Shown piece after piece: positions 39,385 to 50,816 of a DNA stretch of 64,000 bases. The notes beneath the pieces were generated by a model. It searched no databases. It was not told the DNA's origin and worked only from the letters and a program-made list of their open reading frames with translations. The DNA comes from Desulfomonilia bacterium (GTDB lineage Bacteria; Desulfobacterota; Desulfomonilia; UBA1062), in assembly GCA_050014195.1 (NCBI GenBank), contig JBEKDT010000011.1, forward strand, positions 32,001 to 96,000. The letters run 5' to 3'. Each line of letters starts with the position of its first letter. Position 1 is the stretch's first letter. A program made the position numbers and the translations under genes.

Positions 39385-39724
39385 TTTTACTACTGTCTCT
39401 GATTGTTTTCCATTACCCATATAAGACTCATATCTCAGATCTGCGCGACCCATCTCTTAATTGCCCTCTCTTTTTATGGACATTGCCGGAAGAACACATC
39501 AGGTACTACCTGAAATTATCCTACTGTTTAAACTGTCTATCCTGAAGAAGCCTTGCAGGTCAACATTACCTTTTTCAATAGATTCCTTGAATAGTACATT
39601 TCGCTGTCGAATGACCTCCCCATTGTGTGAATTATCGGCAAGATTTTCTTTTAATAAATTTCTATTGACTTAAACAACAAAAGAATGATTTGGTAACTGT
39701 TAGCGAAAAGAACATAAAGATCCA

Positions 39725-40372
39725 ATGCAGAAAAAGATCAGAAGAAAACGTCAGATTTTACGAAACAGAACCGTCATCTTACGGTCTGCACGGGAGCTCT
39801 TCCATAAGAAGGGTTTCTACGGAACCACCATGGAAGACATCGCCGAGATATCGGGATTTGACAGAAGGACCATCTATAACCACTTCAAAAACAAGGAAGA
39901 TGTCTTTGCAGCGTTGATATCCGGCATCCTCGATGATATTGATGCCGTCTTCAACGACATATCCGCTCAAAAAGGCTCTTCCCTTGATAAGCTCAGGGAG
40001 CTCGTATTGAGCCTGTTCGATCTGTACATCGATAACTCCCAGCTCCTAAACATCTTTATGTCCGAATACGAAACCAATGAGATTAAAAAGAGGCGGTACC
40101 TTTCTGCATACACCCTTAAGAATATCAGCGCCTACAAAAAGATCGAGGCACGGCTGGTGGCTATGATAAAAGATGCCCAGGAAGAAAAACTGGTGGTTAA
40201 TGTCCATCCATATATCCTTGCGGGCATGCTCAATGAGCTTATCTTGAGGAGTGTCATCGTACTGCATAACCAAAAAGGGGCCATCCGAAAGAAGGACATC
40301 ATCCATGATATCTTTGAACTCCTTGGCAAAAATGTCGTGAGGGCCCCCCTTATCACCTCAGGGAAGATATAG
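39725..40372 (+). CDS. TetR/AcrR-family regulator
   Basis: ILRSARELFHKKGFYGTTMEDIAEISG...TIYNHFKNKE. Confidence 0.92.
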   Translation: MQKKIRRKRQILRNRTVILRSARELFHKKGFYGTTMEDIAEISGFDRRTIYNHFKNKEDVFAALISGILDDIDAVFNDISAQKGSSLDKLRELVLSLFDLYIDNSQLLNIFMSEYETNEIKKRRYLSAYTLKNISAYKKIEARLVAMIKDAQEEKLVVNVHPYILAGMLNELILRSVIVLHNQKGAIRKKDIIHDIFELLGKNVVRAPLITSGKI

Positions 40373-40460
40373 ATCTTCATTTGCCAAAAGAGGAGATAGA
40401 AGAATGATTCCCCCTTTGAAGGGGGATGCTTCTCTGAAGATCTCCCATGAAATGAACTCC

Positions 40461-40494
40461 AAAAAAAGAGGGGTGGAATAAATTTCCACCCCTC
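40461..40494 (-). terminator. Rho-independent terminator of groESL
   Basis: GAGGGGTGGAA / TTCCACCCCTC 11-bp stem followed by U7 on the minus strand. Confidence 0.88.
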
Positions 40495-40522
40495 CTGATT
40501 TCTCTAAATATTTGGCTTTTCG

Positions 40523-42178
<1,656 letters not shown>

Positions 42179-42195
42179 TTCCTATTCCTCCTTGC

Positions 42196-42483
42196 CTACT
42201 GGATAATCCCGAGGATGTCTTCCTCTCTCATGATGAGCAACTCCTCACCCTCGATCTTGATCTCGTTCCCTGAATACTTAGAGAAGAGCACCTTGTCACC
42301 CTTTTTCACATCGAGCGGGATGACCTTTCCATCCTCGGTCTTCTTTCCGCCACCGGCGGCGATGACCTCACCCATTTGGGGTTTTTCTTTTGCCGTATCG
42401 GGTATGATGATTCCCCCTTTGGTTTTCTGTTCCTCTTCGATCCTCTTGACGAGAATCCTGTCGTGCAATGGCTTAATCTTCAT
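42196..42483 (-). CDS. groS: Co-chaperonin GroES
   Basis: [14 protein letters not shown]...[13 protein letters not shown]; start follows GGAGG. Confidence 0.99.
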   Translation of the reverse strand: MKIKPLHDRILVKRIEEEQKTKGGIIIPDTAKEKPQMGEVIAAGGGKKTEDGKVIPLDVKKGDKVLFSKYSGNEIKIEGEELLIMREEDILGIIQ

Positions 42484-42506
42484 TCCTTTCCTCCAAGTTC
42501 TGATTG

Positions 42507-42533
42507 TTAGCACTCACTATATATGAGTGCTAA
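42507..42533. promoter_or_regulatory. CIRCE element (HrcA operator)
   Basis: TTAGCACTC-N9-GAGTGCTAA, exact, 23 nt upstream of groES. Confidence 0.97.
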
Positions 42534-42863
42534 TCACGTAGCAAGGATTATCTGTAAGTTCAAGGCCTGATATTACTCCATACTATGAATCATACGTGAT
42601 GTTTATGCACTATTCTTCCAAATGATGTATATCCTGAAAATATCATGAAAATACTATTTCTTTCACCGATTTCCTTGACCTGCCAGTACAGTACAGCTGA
42701 TCTGTAGGGTCTTTACCCCCCATCGAATCCGTTGAGGCTATATTGGATCTAAATATCATATGAGCGATATGCTGTCTGATTATTGCTTATTTGACAAATC
42801 GGGTTACAGAATGCAGAATATACTCTATACTCATAGAGTAATGGTAAAAATTGGAGATTTCCC

Positions 42864-43700
42864 ATGAGCCAGGCTTCTAAGAAGATATTGTTCGGGCTGT
42901 CACTGATCATTCTGTCGGTATCCACCTACATCCTGCATTATTATATCTTCAGGGACACACGCGATATTTTCTTCTATATGATCATGGACATCGCATTCAT
43001 GTTCATCCAGGTCCTGCTCGTTACCCTTATCCTTCAGCAATTCCTCGAGATGAGGGAAAAACAGAACAGGATCGAAAAGCTCAACACGATAATCGGGGTC
43101 TTCTTCAGTGAGCTGGGGACCGATCTCCTTTCCTACTACTCCGATCTCGACCCCAACCTCGGAACCATCAAAAATGAACTGCTCATCTCGGCGCAGTGGA
43201 CCGACAGAGAATTTCTAAAAGCCATGAATCGCCTTGGTAATTATGACTATAAGGTGGAACCGGAAAAGCTTGACCTTGAAAGACTCAAGCAATACCTTAG
43301 GGAGAAGAGGGACTTCCTCCTCACCATGATGGAAAATCCAAACCTCATGGAGCACGAACGCTTCACCGAGCTCTTGCGATCGGTCTTTCATCTCGCCGAA
43401 GAGCTCAAGCTGAGAAAGGCTATTACCGAACTCCCTTGTGAAGACTGCGACCACATAGCTGCAGATATCAACAGATCCTACCGGATGCTGGTCAGGGAAT
43501 GGATATCCTATATGAAGCATCTCAAAGACAACTTCCCCTACCTCTTCTCACTGGCCATGCGTACCAATCCCTTTGACCAGGAGGCGTCGGTCATTGTCAA
43601 CCAGGGGATACACCCTTCGGGGCTTTCACTGTCAGAGGCCTACCCGCAATCAGTAACAGCCTTCAGCAATCCTGCAGCTGGATACACCAAGAACACTTGA
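42864..43700 (+). CDS. Hypothetical membrane protein (two N-terminal TM helices)
   Basis: Long ORF with RBS GGAG; hydrophobic N-terminus and soluble helical C-domain. Confidence 0.75.
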   Translation: MSQASKKILFGLSLIILSVSTYILHYYIFRDTRDIFFYMIMDIAFMFIQVLLVTLILQQFLEMREKQNRIEKLNTIIGVFFSELGTDLLSYYSDLDPNLGTIKNELLISAQWTDREFLKAMNRLGNYDYKVEPEKLDLERLKQYLREKRDFLLTMMENPNLMEHERFTELLRSVFHLAEELKLRKAITELPCEDCDHIAADINRSYRMLVREWISYMKHLKDNFPYLFSLAMRTNPFDQEASVIVNQGIHPSGLSLSEAYPQSVTAFSNPAAGYTKNT

Positions 43701-43835
43701 TATTCGGATTTACCTCTTAACCTACATACATTTTCAACAGGATGGCCTTCCGAAACATTGATCGCAAGGGGCATATGTGTTATTACCCTGGGTGTTGAAA
43801 TAAAATTGCTACTCGTTAGAAATACGGAGGTGAAC

Positions 43836-46800
43836 GTGAGCTATTTGGGTATAGATGCGGGGAGTTCGTACATTAAGCTTTGGCATGAGGATATATCCGG
43901 TTCGCTCATTACCGCTCGGAACATCCACCACCGCGGGTCGCCCCGGAGTGTTGTGTCCCGTGAAGTTGGCCGCCTGCTTCCTGAACCCATATCTTTAAGT
44001 TTCTCCGGCAACCTTGACGCGCATGATATTGCAGGATGGCACCATGAAGGACTGCTGGCCGAGATTGATTACCTGAGAAAGATCCACGCCCAAAGGCAAC
44101 TGCTCATCTTCGGTGCAGAGAAGATCGAACTTGTGCACTTTGATGATGACGGGCACATCCTTTTCTATCAGACAAACCCTGCTTGCGCCGCGGGAACAGG
44201 CTCATTCCTGGACGAACAGATGCTCAGGCTGGGGCTCGATTTCTCCGACCTGCCTCACATTGCTATCGACGAGGATTCACCGATGGTGGCCACAAGGTGT
44301 GCGGTCTTTGCCAAGACCGACCTTATCCACCTCCAGCAGGATGGGCACACTGCATACTCTATTTATAATGGGCTCTGTAAGGGTCTGGTTCTGAGCAGCC
44401 TCAAGAGCGTGTTCGGGGGTAATCTTCCTGACGGAAGCGGCATCCTTGCCACCGGCGGCCTACTTGAGAACCCTCATATCCTTCATTTCTTGAAACAGGT
44501 CTTCACAAATGTCACGATAGCAAACACCCCTGCATTTACCAGGGCACGCGGTCTATGCCTGGCTGCACGGCTCGATGGACAGGCCTCAAGGGGTTTCATG
44601 GAAGTTCTCAAGAATCACACGCCAAGTAAAGTCCGCTCCATCGGTCTGCAGCCCCTGAAGCTCAAAAAGAGCACCTTCCCGACTAGGGAGATGAGCCGCC
44701 ATACGGATAACTACGGCAATGAGATCTGGCATGACCTGCATGCAAACGAACATTTGAACGCCTTCATCGGGGTGGATATCGGGTCTACCTCTACAAAGGC
44801 GGCACTCATTGATGATCAGGGCATGATAAGGCTTGATATCTATACCAAGACCTCAGGCAACCCTATCGAGGCAACAAGAAGGATCTTTGAAGGGATACTC
44901 TCTATTCAGAAAGACCTGCCCTGTACATTAACCATCCTGGGGTGTGCAACCACAGGCTCGGGGAGAAAGCTTGTAGGAACCATTATCGGTGCGGATCTCA
45001 TCGTAAATGAGATCACCGCTCATGCCAAGGGTGCTCTCATGCTCGATGATAACGTCAAAACCATCTTCGAGATTGGCGGCCAGGACGCAAAGTTCATCCG
45101 CATTGAGAACGGCCGAATCGTAGATGTGAATATGAACTATGTGTGCGCCGCCGGTACAGGCTCCTTTGTGGAGGAACAGGCCAGGACCTTGGGCATGGAC
45201 CTCGACGAGATCGGCGCTAAAGTGATGGGGGTGACCCCCCTGCCTAATTCCGACCGCTGTACCGTGTTTATGAACCAGGAGATAACCAAACAGCTTTCCT
45301 CGGGATACCCCAGAGAACAGATCATGGCCGGTGTGCTGTTGGCTGTGTTCAAGAACTATGTAGGCAAGGTCGTAGGCAACCGCTCCTACAATAAAGAAAA
45401 GATCGTCTTCCAGGGTGCCACTGCCCGGAATAAAGGACTGGTGGCGGCACTCGAGCAAATCACGGGCGCACAAGTCATGGTCTCTCCTTTCTGTCATGTC
45501 ATGGGCGCCTATGGGGCTGCACTGCTTGCCAAAGGGAAAGGTCTGAGCCGAACATCCTTCAGAGGTCTTACTATTCCTGAGGTCTCTATAAAAGAGCGTA
45601 TGTGCAAGGGCTGCGAGAATACCTGCAGGATCACGGTTGTTCAGATGGACTCGGAGAAGACGAGCTGGGGATACATGTGCGGCAGAGAGCCGGGCACACA
45701 AACTGAAGCCAGAAAAATCAACAGGAGTGTAAAGATAAGGGAAGACCTCCTTACACCCTACAGGAGTGCGCTGCAAAAAGGGAAGCATGTCTTTAAAATA
45801 CCTGCACTAGGATTATATGAAGAATTCATTCCCCTGCTCACCGAGATAGCAGCTGCCTGCGACCTGGGCATCGAGGTCTGCCATCCTGGGAAGAATGAGG
45901 TTCAAAAAGAGCTCTCTTCAATCGGTTCAGGGGATTTCTGCTATCCCATCAAGGTTGCCATGGCCTGTGTCAATGTCATCTTGAAGCAGGATCCAGCCTG
46001 CAAGATCCTCCTTCCTTACCTTATCCAGGACCAAAAGGATGCCTCCATCATACCGCGCAGCCTCTTCTGTCCTTTCATAACGGCTGTCCCGGCTTTTTTC
46101 AAAGAAGAACTCCACCGAGGAAGGCTATTCACCCCTGTGATCGACTTGAGCAGAAGCATCTCCTGGCAGGCCTGGCAGATAAGGGAATTTCTCAAACAAG
46201 CGGGTATTGATGGGGTAAGCCTGTTCGGGATCATGAAAGGGATAAGGCGAGGGATGGAAAGGCTTGAACAGCACCGTATCGAGCTGACCACCAGGGCCCG
46301 CTCGATCCTCGATGAGGTAGGGGATGAAAAGACAATCGTGCTCCTGGGCAGGCCCTACAACCTCTACCACAGGATACTCAATCTCGGCATCCCTGAGCTC
46401 ATCGAATCATTGGGGTATAAGGTGATTACCATGGATGCCGTCCCCGATGAGACGACAAACCAGGATATCACCGTCTACTTCCCCGATATGTACTGGTACC
46501 AGGGGCAGAGGATACTGAAGAAGGCCTTTTCTATCCGCAACAAGCCGAACCTGTTTCCGCTCATGATATCCAACTTCTCGTGCGGGCCTGATTCCTTCAT
46601 CCTCACCTATTTCGAGGAGATCTGCCGCGGCAAGCCATACCTCATCCTCGAACTGGATGAGCACGGCTCGGCAACCGGTTATCAGACGCGGATCGAGGCC
46701 TTCATCGACATGATCGATCAGCACAAGGGTGACAGCTCACAAGCCCCTCGCATCAGCAAACCTACAAGGATACGCTACAGCATCGAGGATATCAGGCATA

Positions 46801-48077
46801 ATACAAAGATCTGGATCCCCCAGATCCATCCGTACATACCCCAACTGTGGTCTGCAGTGCTGAACCACTATGGTTATGACACAGAAGCAATGGGCGAGGA
46901 GACTGCTGCCGAATGCGCAGCAGGAAGGGCATTATGCCGAGGGAGCGAATGCCTGCCCACAGCGGTTACTACGGGTAAATTCCTCTCAAAAATCAAGGAT
47001 GGCCCCACGAATTGCCACCAGGCACTCTTCATGCCCCGGGCAGAAGGGCCCTGCAGGTTCGGTCAGTATGCCACACTCCAGTCCATGATCTTTGAGCGGA
47101 ACAATCTAAAGAATGCCATCCTTTTCTCTCCCACTTCAGAAGATGGGTATGCCTTTCTCACGCCGAAGATGGAGATGGGGATCTGGAAGGCCATATGTCT
47201 GGGTGATGCCCTTTATAAGCTCAGATGCCGGGTCGTGCCCTATCATAAGCACCCGGTCATGGCCGAGGCGCTCATCAATGAAGTCTTGGATGAGATCTGT
47301 GGCCTGATCCGCTCAGGCCGTGACTGGAAGGTCGCCTTGTCATCCCTCATGGGCACACTCAGTATCGATTCCAGTCTCGATCAACCTCCAAAACCGCTTG
47401 TGGGCATTGTTGGTGAAATCTTTGTGCGGCTCAACAGCTTTTCCAACCAGCACATCGTCGAGGCTATCGAGGATGGCGGAGGAGAGGCCTGGCTTTCACC
47501 CATGACGGAATGGATTTACTATGTCTGGGAGAGCCTTGCCATGAAATCAGGACTCATGAAGAAGCTCGGCATAAACTTGAAAAAATATATTCTCCATAAA
47601 GTTGAAAAGAACATTATGGCCCTCTTCTCACCGGTGCTCGACCAGAGGCATGAGCCTTCTATGGCATCGGTCATGGGCAAGGCGGAAAGATTCATACCGC
47701 CCGACTTCGAGGGAGAAGCCATCCTCACCATAGGCAGGGCCAAGCTCTTTGCCGAACAAGGCACACACCTGGTGGTGAACTGCTCACCCTTCGGGTGCAT
47801 GCCTGGCAGGGTAACTTCGCACATTTTCCAGACCTACCGGGATTACTTCCAGGTGCCCGTGGTGAACCTCTTCTTTGATGGCACCGGTGACATCTCGGAC
47901 CAGGTGGGGATATACTTGAAATCCATTACCCAAAGTTACAGTGAAAAGGTCCAATCCACCAGGCGGTCTTCCATCTTCCGCAGGCCCGGGAAAAATCCGG
48001 CAGCCACACCATGGGCAAAGGTTATGGAGGATTCTTTGCAGGAAGATTTATATGATGATGAATCCAGGAGTCGGTAG
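43836..48077 (+). CDS. Acyl-CoA dehydratase activase-like multidomain protein (two BadF/BcrA ATPase modules + DUF2229-like region)
   Basis: GIDAGSS and GVDIGSTSTK, twice CAAGTGSF, RCAVF/RCTVF, EIGGQDAK, CYPIK, GRPYN, FSCGPD, PFGCMP; GTG start after GGAGG. Confidence 0.9.
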   Translation: MSYLGIDAGSSYIKLWHEDISGSLITARNIHHRGSPRSVVSREVGRLLPEPISLSFSGNLDAHDIAGWHHEGLLAEIDYLRKIHAQRQLLIFGAEKIELVHFDDDGHILFYQTNPACAAGTGSFLDEQMLRLGLDFSDLPHIAIDEDSPMVATRCAVFAKTDLIHLQQDGHTAYSIYNGLCKGLVLSSLKSVFGGNLPDGSGILATGGLLENPHILHFLKQVFTNVTIANTPAFTRARGLCLAARLDGQASRGFMEVLKNHTPSKVRSIGLQPLKLKKSTFPTREMSRHTDNYGNEIWHDLHANEHLNAFIGVDIGSTSTKAALIDDQGMIRLDIYTKTSGNPIEATRRIFEGILSIQKDLPCTLTILGCATTGSGRKLVGTIIGADLIVNEITAHAKGALMLDDNVKTIFEIGGQDAKFIRIENGRIVDVNMNYVCAAGTGSFVEEQARTLGMDLDEIGAKVMGVTPLPNSDRCTVFMNQEITKQLSSGYPREQIMAGVLLAVFKNYVGKVVGNRSYNKEKIVFQGATARNKGLVAALEQITGAQVMVSPFCHVMGAYGAALLAKGKGLSRTSFRGLTIPEVSIKERMCKGCENTCRITVVQMDSEKTSWGYMCGREPGTQTEARKINRSVKIREDLLTPYRSALQKGKHVFKIPALGLYEEFIPLLTEIAAACDLGIEVCHPGKNEVQKELSSIGSGDFCYPIKVAMACVNVILKQDPACKILLPYLIQDQKDASIIPRSLFCPFITAVPAFFKEELHRGRLFTPVIDLSRSISWQAWQIREFLKQAGIDGVSLFGIMKGIRRGMERLEQHRIELTTRARSILDEVGDEKTIVLLGRPYNLYHRILNLGIPELIESLGYKVITMDAVPDETTNQDITVYFPDMYWYQGQRILKKAFSIRNKPNLFPLMISNFSCGPDSFILTYFEEICRGKPYLILELDEHGSATGYQTRIEAFIDMIDQHKGDSSQAPRISKPTRIRYSIEDIRHNTKIWIPQIHPYIPQLWSAVLNHYGYDTEAMGEETAAECAAGRALCRGSECLPTAVTTGKFLSKIKDGPTNCHQALFMPRAEGPCRFGQYATLQSMIFERNNLKNAILFSPTSEDGYAFLTPKMEMGIWKAICLGDALYKLRCRVVPYHKHPVMAEALINEVLDEICGLIRSGRDWKVALSSLMGTLSIDSSLDQPPKPLVGIVGEIFVRLNSFSNQHIVEAIEDGGGEAWLSPMTEWIYYVWESLAMKSGLMKKLGINLKKYILHKVEKNIMALFSPVLDQRHEPSMASVMGKAERFIPPDFEGEAILTIGRAKLFAEQGTHLVVNCSPFGCMPGRVTSHIFQTYRDYFQVPVVNLFFDGTGDISDQVGIYLKSITQSYSEKVQSTRRSSIFRRPGKNPAATPWAKVMEDSLQEDLYDDESRSR

Positions 48078-48174
48078 TCAGGAAAAGTGAACAATGATCT
48101 GTGATCAGTGGACTGCCACCAGTGAATAGAATTGTGGCCAGGATTAAATCCGATATCATAGATTCTGCGGTGGC

Positions 48175-48200
48175 ATGGGCTAAACCAAAGGTTTGCCCAT
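48175..48200 (-). terminator. Hairpin just outside the island boundary (likely the original tRNA downstream terminator)
   Basis: ATGGGCTAAACC-aaa-GGTTTGCCCAT, ~22 nt past the tRNA 3'-end repeat on the minus strand. Confidence 0.45.
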
Positions 48201-48222
48201 GGGATAAAAGAATTTGAAGAGC

Positions 48223-48248
48223 TGGTCGGGAAGCGGGGATTTGAACAC
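48223..48248 (-). repeat. att core copy 1 (3' end of a tRNA-Pro)
   Basis: TGGTCGGGAAGCGGGGATTTGAACAC; reverse complement contains GTTCAAATCCCCGCTTCCCGACCA; identical to 49030-49055. Confidence 0.9.
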
Positions 48249-48282
48249 TGACTCCTTCAAGCCCTGCCTTGCTTTCCAGGCA

Positions 48283-48304
48283 TTACACGGCACTTACACG
48301 GCAC
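48283..48304 (+). repeat. Tandem 11-bp integrase arm-type sites
   Basis: TTACACGGCAC x2; near-identical pairs at 48972-48991 and, inverted, at 60073-60092. Confidence 0.75.
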
Positions 48305-48322
48305 TTTAATTAATCACCAATC

Positions 48323-48580
48323 TCATTTGTATACTTCACGTCGATGCCCTGTCTCTATGATGTAGACTATTAGCTCCTTGTCTTTCACCTCATAGAGAAT
48401 CCGGTAATCCCCCACCCGTATTCGGTATGCATCATTCGCCCCTTTCAACTTTTCCGAACCAGGCGGCCTTGGGTTTTCTTTCAATGATTCAATTGACGGG
48501 GACAATCGTGTCTGAACCTCACGTGACAGTTTACGAAAAGATCGAGCCGCATGAGATGTAAACTTGACAATATATGGCAT
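48323..48580 (-). CDS. RelE/ParE-family toxin
   Basis: NPRPPGSEKLKG...YRIRVGDYRILYEV...GHRREVY. Confidence 0.93.
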   Translation of the reverse strand: MPYIVKFTSHAARSFRKLSREVQTRLSPSIESLKENPRPPGSEKLKGANDAYRIRVGDYRILYEVKDKELIVYIIETGHRREVYK

Positions 48581-48828
48581 TACAGACCGAGTTCCCTCTT
48601 GAGGTCATCCCATAGGACATCTTCGCCTTGCTCAGCCTTTATCTTTTTGATCGTTTCCATGTCTGCCCGGTCTTCTATGGCCTGTAGGAGTTCATAGTCC
48701 TCCACGGAAACAATCACTGCTACATCCTTGCCCCTGCGCTGTAAAGCTATCCTGTCACCCCTATACACTACCCTGTTCAGGGCATCGGCGGTATCCTTCC
48801 TAAGTTCACTCGTTGAAAGGCGAATCAT
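48580..48828 (-). CDS. Phd/YefM-family antitoxin
   Basis: LSTSELRKDTADALNRV...IALQRRGKDVAVIVSVEDYE; AGGAG RBS; stop overlaps the toxin start. Confidence 0.9.
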   Translation of the reverse strand: MIRLSTSELRKDTADALNRVVYRGDRIALQRRGKDVAVIVSVEDYELLQAIEDRADMETIKKIKAEQGEDVLWDDLKRELGL

Positions 48829-48851
48829 CGTTCTGCTCCTTTTGTCTCTTT

Positions 48852-48892
48852 TGTACATATTGTATTATATCGGTTGGAGATTGATATTTCAA
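48852..48892 (-). promoter_or_regulatory. Sigma-70 promoter and operator of the TA operon
   Basis: TTGAAA-N17-TATAAT on the minus strand (48892-48864), followed by the TGTACA palindrome typical of YefM-type operators. Confidence 0.8.
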
Positions 48893-48915
48893 GAGTGTTT
48901 ATCACTTGCTTGATC

Positions 48916-48992
48916 GGCGGGGGGAATCGAACACTCGGTTCATATAGGCACAGCCTAGGTTTTCGGGTGTCTTACGGCACTTACACGGCACT
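48916..48992 (+). repeat. att-like module, inverted repeat of 60072-60148
   Basis: 63/77 identical without gaps (hand count) to the reverse complement of 60072-60148. Confidence 0.85.
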
Positions 48993-49029
48993 AAGACGAA
49001 TAAAAAAGATAATAATATCAATTAATTAA

Positions 49030-49055
49030 TGGTCGGGAAGCGGGGATTTGAACAC
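49030..49055 (-). repeat. att core copy 2 (3' end of a tRNA-Pro)
   Basis: 26-bp exact direct repeat of 48223-48248; followed by a different arm pair, ACGGGGTAA x2 (~49092-49111). Confidence 0.9.
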
Positions 49056-49181
49056 CACCTATTTGAGGCTCAGCCTAGCTTTCCTGGTCATACGGGGTAA
49101 TCACGGGGTAACTTAGCAGCCGATCTTTTCGCTTACCCTGGAGTCTTCCCCCCACCAAAAATATCCTCGTAAATACTGTAC

Positions 49182-49310
49182 TCATGGCTTGATATAAGCA
49201 TTCAGCCCGATAATAACTGGCTTACCGTTCACCTCAGCCTTAGTAACGGTATTACCATGTGTGCTTGCAACAACAAGGGTTTTACCAGATGCCGACGGTT
49301 TTGGCAAAAT
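49182..49310 (-). pseudogene. Probable 5'-truncated remnant of a small conserved protein
   Basis: C-terminal PSASGKTLVVASTHGNTVTKAEVNGKPVIIGLNAYIKP looks like a real domain; the upstream frame lacks an RBS and looks non-coding. Confidence 0.4.
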
Positions 49311-49563
49311 AATACCTAAATGCAAACAGGCTCCCATCAGACTTCGGGGTGATATGTTCGGTATTGAACCACCAATTAAGAAGGATCTTACTTGTCTCCG
49401 TGGCCCCCTCGTAATTAAGAATCGCATAGGGTGATGTGGGAAAATCACGATGAATAGCCATTACGCAGCTCCTCTATATAGATATGATCTCATAAAAAGC
49501 TCATTGTATCCTTTGCCATAACATCTTGAGAAAGAATGATTAGCATCAAGGTCTTCCCAAACG

Positions 49564-49620
49564 TGTCATAAGTTGTGGCGTGAGTTTGTCGTAAGTTATG
49601 TCGCAAGATTGTCGCAAGTT
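49564..49620. repeat. Five phased 11-bp direct repeats (consensus TGTCGYAAGTT)
   Basis: Units at 49564, 49576, 49587, 49599, 49610; the array begins 4 nt after the Fic stop. Confidence 0.85.
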
Positions 49621-49624
49621 CTTT

Positions 49625-50668
49625 TTATTCCTTGAGTCTGTATACCAGCTGGTTTGTAGCCCCTTCCGAAAGGAGAAGTCCTTTGTCGATCATGGCTTTC
49701 AAGTCCCTTTGGAGAGACCGACGGTTAACATTCGGGAAGATACGTTCAAAGTCCTGGATGGTCAGGCTACCGTGCTCAAGGATATGCTCAAGCGCCTTGG
49801 ACTGACGAAGGGAAAGATGCTGTTGTTCAGCCAACACATCCCTTCTAATGGCCTTTTCCCCACGTTGCTTGACTTCAGTTAGCTGAGTGGTAAGGCCATC
49901 AACAAAGTACTCAAGCCATCCGGTCATATCCATACCATTTTCTCGGACGCTCTGAATCGCACGGTAAAAGGATTTCCGGTCCCGGTCATAATATTCGCTG
50001 ATGGTGAATAATCGTTTGAAGTCATATCCTGCCTTGTAGAGGCATAGTGTTGAGAGGAGGCGGGATGTGCGACCATTGCCGTCCAGGAAGGGGTGTATAT
50101 GAACGAACTGAAACTGGGAGATGCCACTTACCAGTACGGGATGAACTCCTTTCTCATTATTGAGCCAGTCCACTAACTCCGACATCATGATCGGGACATC
50201 GTATGCCGGAGGCGGCGTATAGACGGTCTCGCCTGTTACGGAGTTAACCACATAATTCTGTATCTTCCGGTACTCACCCGGAGCTGCAGCACTCCCTCGT
50301 ACGCCTTCAACAAGTCGCTTGTGAATCTCACGAATAAGCCCCACAGTGATTGGTCCACCACTCTCAATGTACTCAGAGATAAAATCAAAGGCCTTCCGGT
50401 AGTTCAACAATTCCTGTGCATCGTCAGGATTGACCTCGGGGACAGGTTTCCCTTCCAGGAGACGTTCGGCCTGTTCAAGCGTTAGATGTGTTCCTTCAAT
50501 ATGGGTGGTATAATGCGCCTCTAGGATCAAGGCCCGATGCCCCATTTCCCGAACCCAGGCCTCTGATAAAGTTGCTGCATCTAAGAAACCACGTGCCCGT
50601 TCTATAAGGGTGAGACCGGCTGTTACCCGGTTGGAGATCGTGAACAAGGGGTTGAATCCCTTTGTCAT
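49625..50668 (-). CDS. Fic-domain protein (class II-like) with C-terminal HTH
   Basis: [12 protein letters not shown] catalytic motif; N-terminal TTHIEG inhibitory motif; C-terminal [12 protein letters not shown] DeoR-like HTH. Confidence 0.93.
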   Translation of the reverse strand: MTKGFNPLFTISNRVTAGLTLIERARGFLDAATLSEAWVREMGHRALILEAHYTTHIEGTHLTLEQAERLLEGKPVPEVNPDDAQELLNYRKAFDFISEYIESGGPITVGLIREIHKRLVEGVRGSAAAPGEYRKIQNYVVNSVTGETVYTPPPAYDVPIMMSELVDWLNNEKGVHPVLVSGISQFQFVHIHPFLDGNGRTSRLLSTLCLYKAGYDFKRLFTISEYYDRDRKSFYRAIQSVRENGMDMTGWLEYFVDGLTTQLTEVKQRGEKAIRRDVLAEQQHLSLRQSKALEHILEHGSLTIQDFERIFPNVNRRSLQRDLKAMIDKGLLLSEGATNQLVYRLKE

Positions 50669-50816
50669 GGTAAGCCCTTAAAAATATAATTATGCATACT
50701 CTTTATTTTTTCACCATAATCTTCTTTTCGTAGTTCTTCTATGATCTTAGAAAGGACGACTCGATTCAATCATTAAATGCTCTTTCTGGTTTATTTTTAA
50801 TGCCCTTTAAATCGTT

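Noticed and set aside
48223-48248. Intact tRNA genes at 48223 and 49030
   Set aside because: Only the acceptor 3' strand and T-loop are present; no D or anticodon arms can be folded
48223-49620. CRISPR array suggested by recurring repeats
   Set aside because: No regular repeat-spacer period and no cas genes; the repeats are att cores, arm sites and 11-bp tandem units
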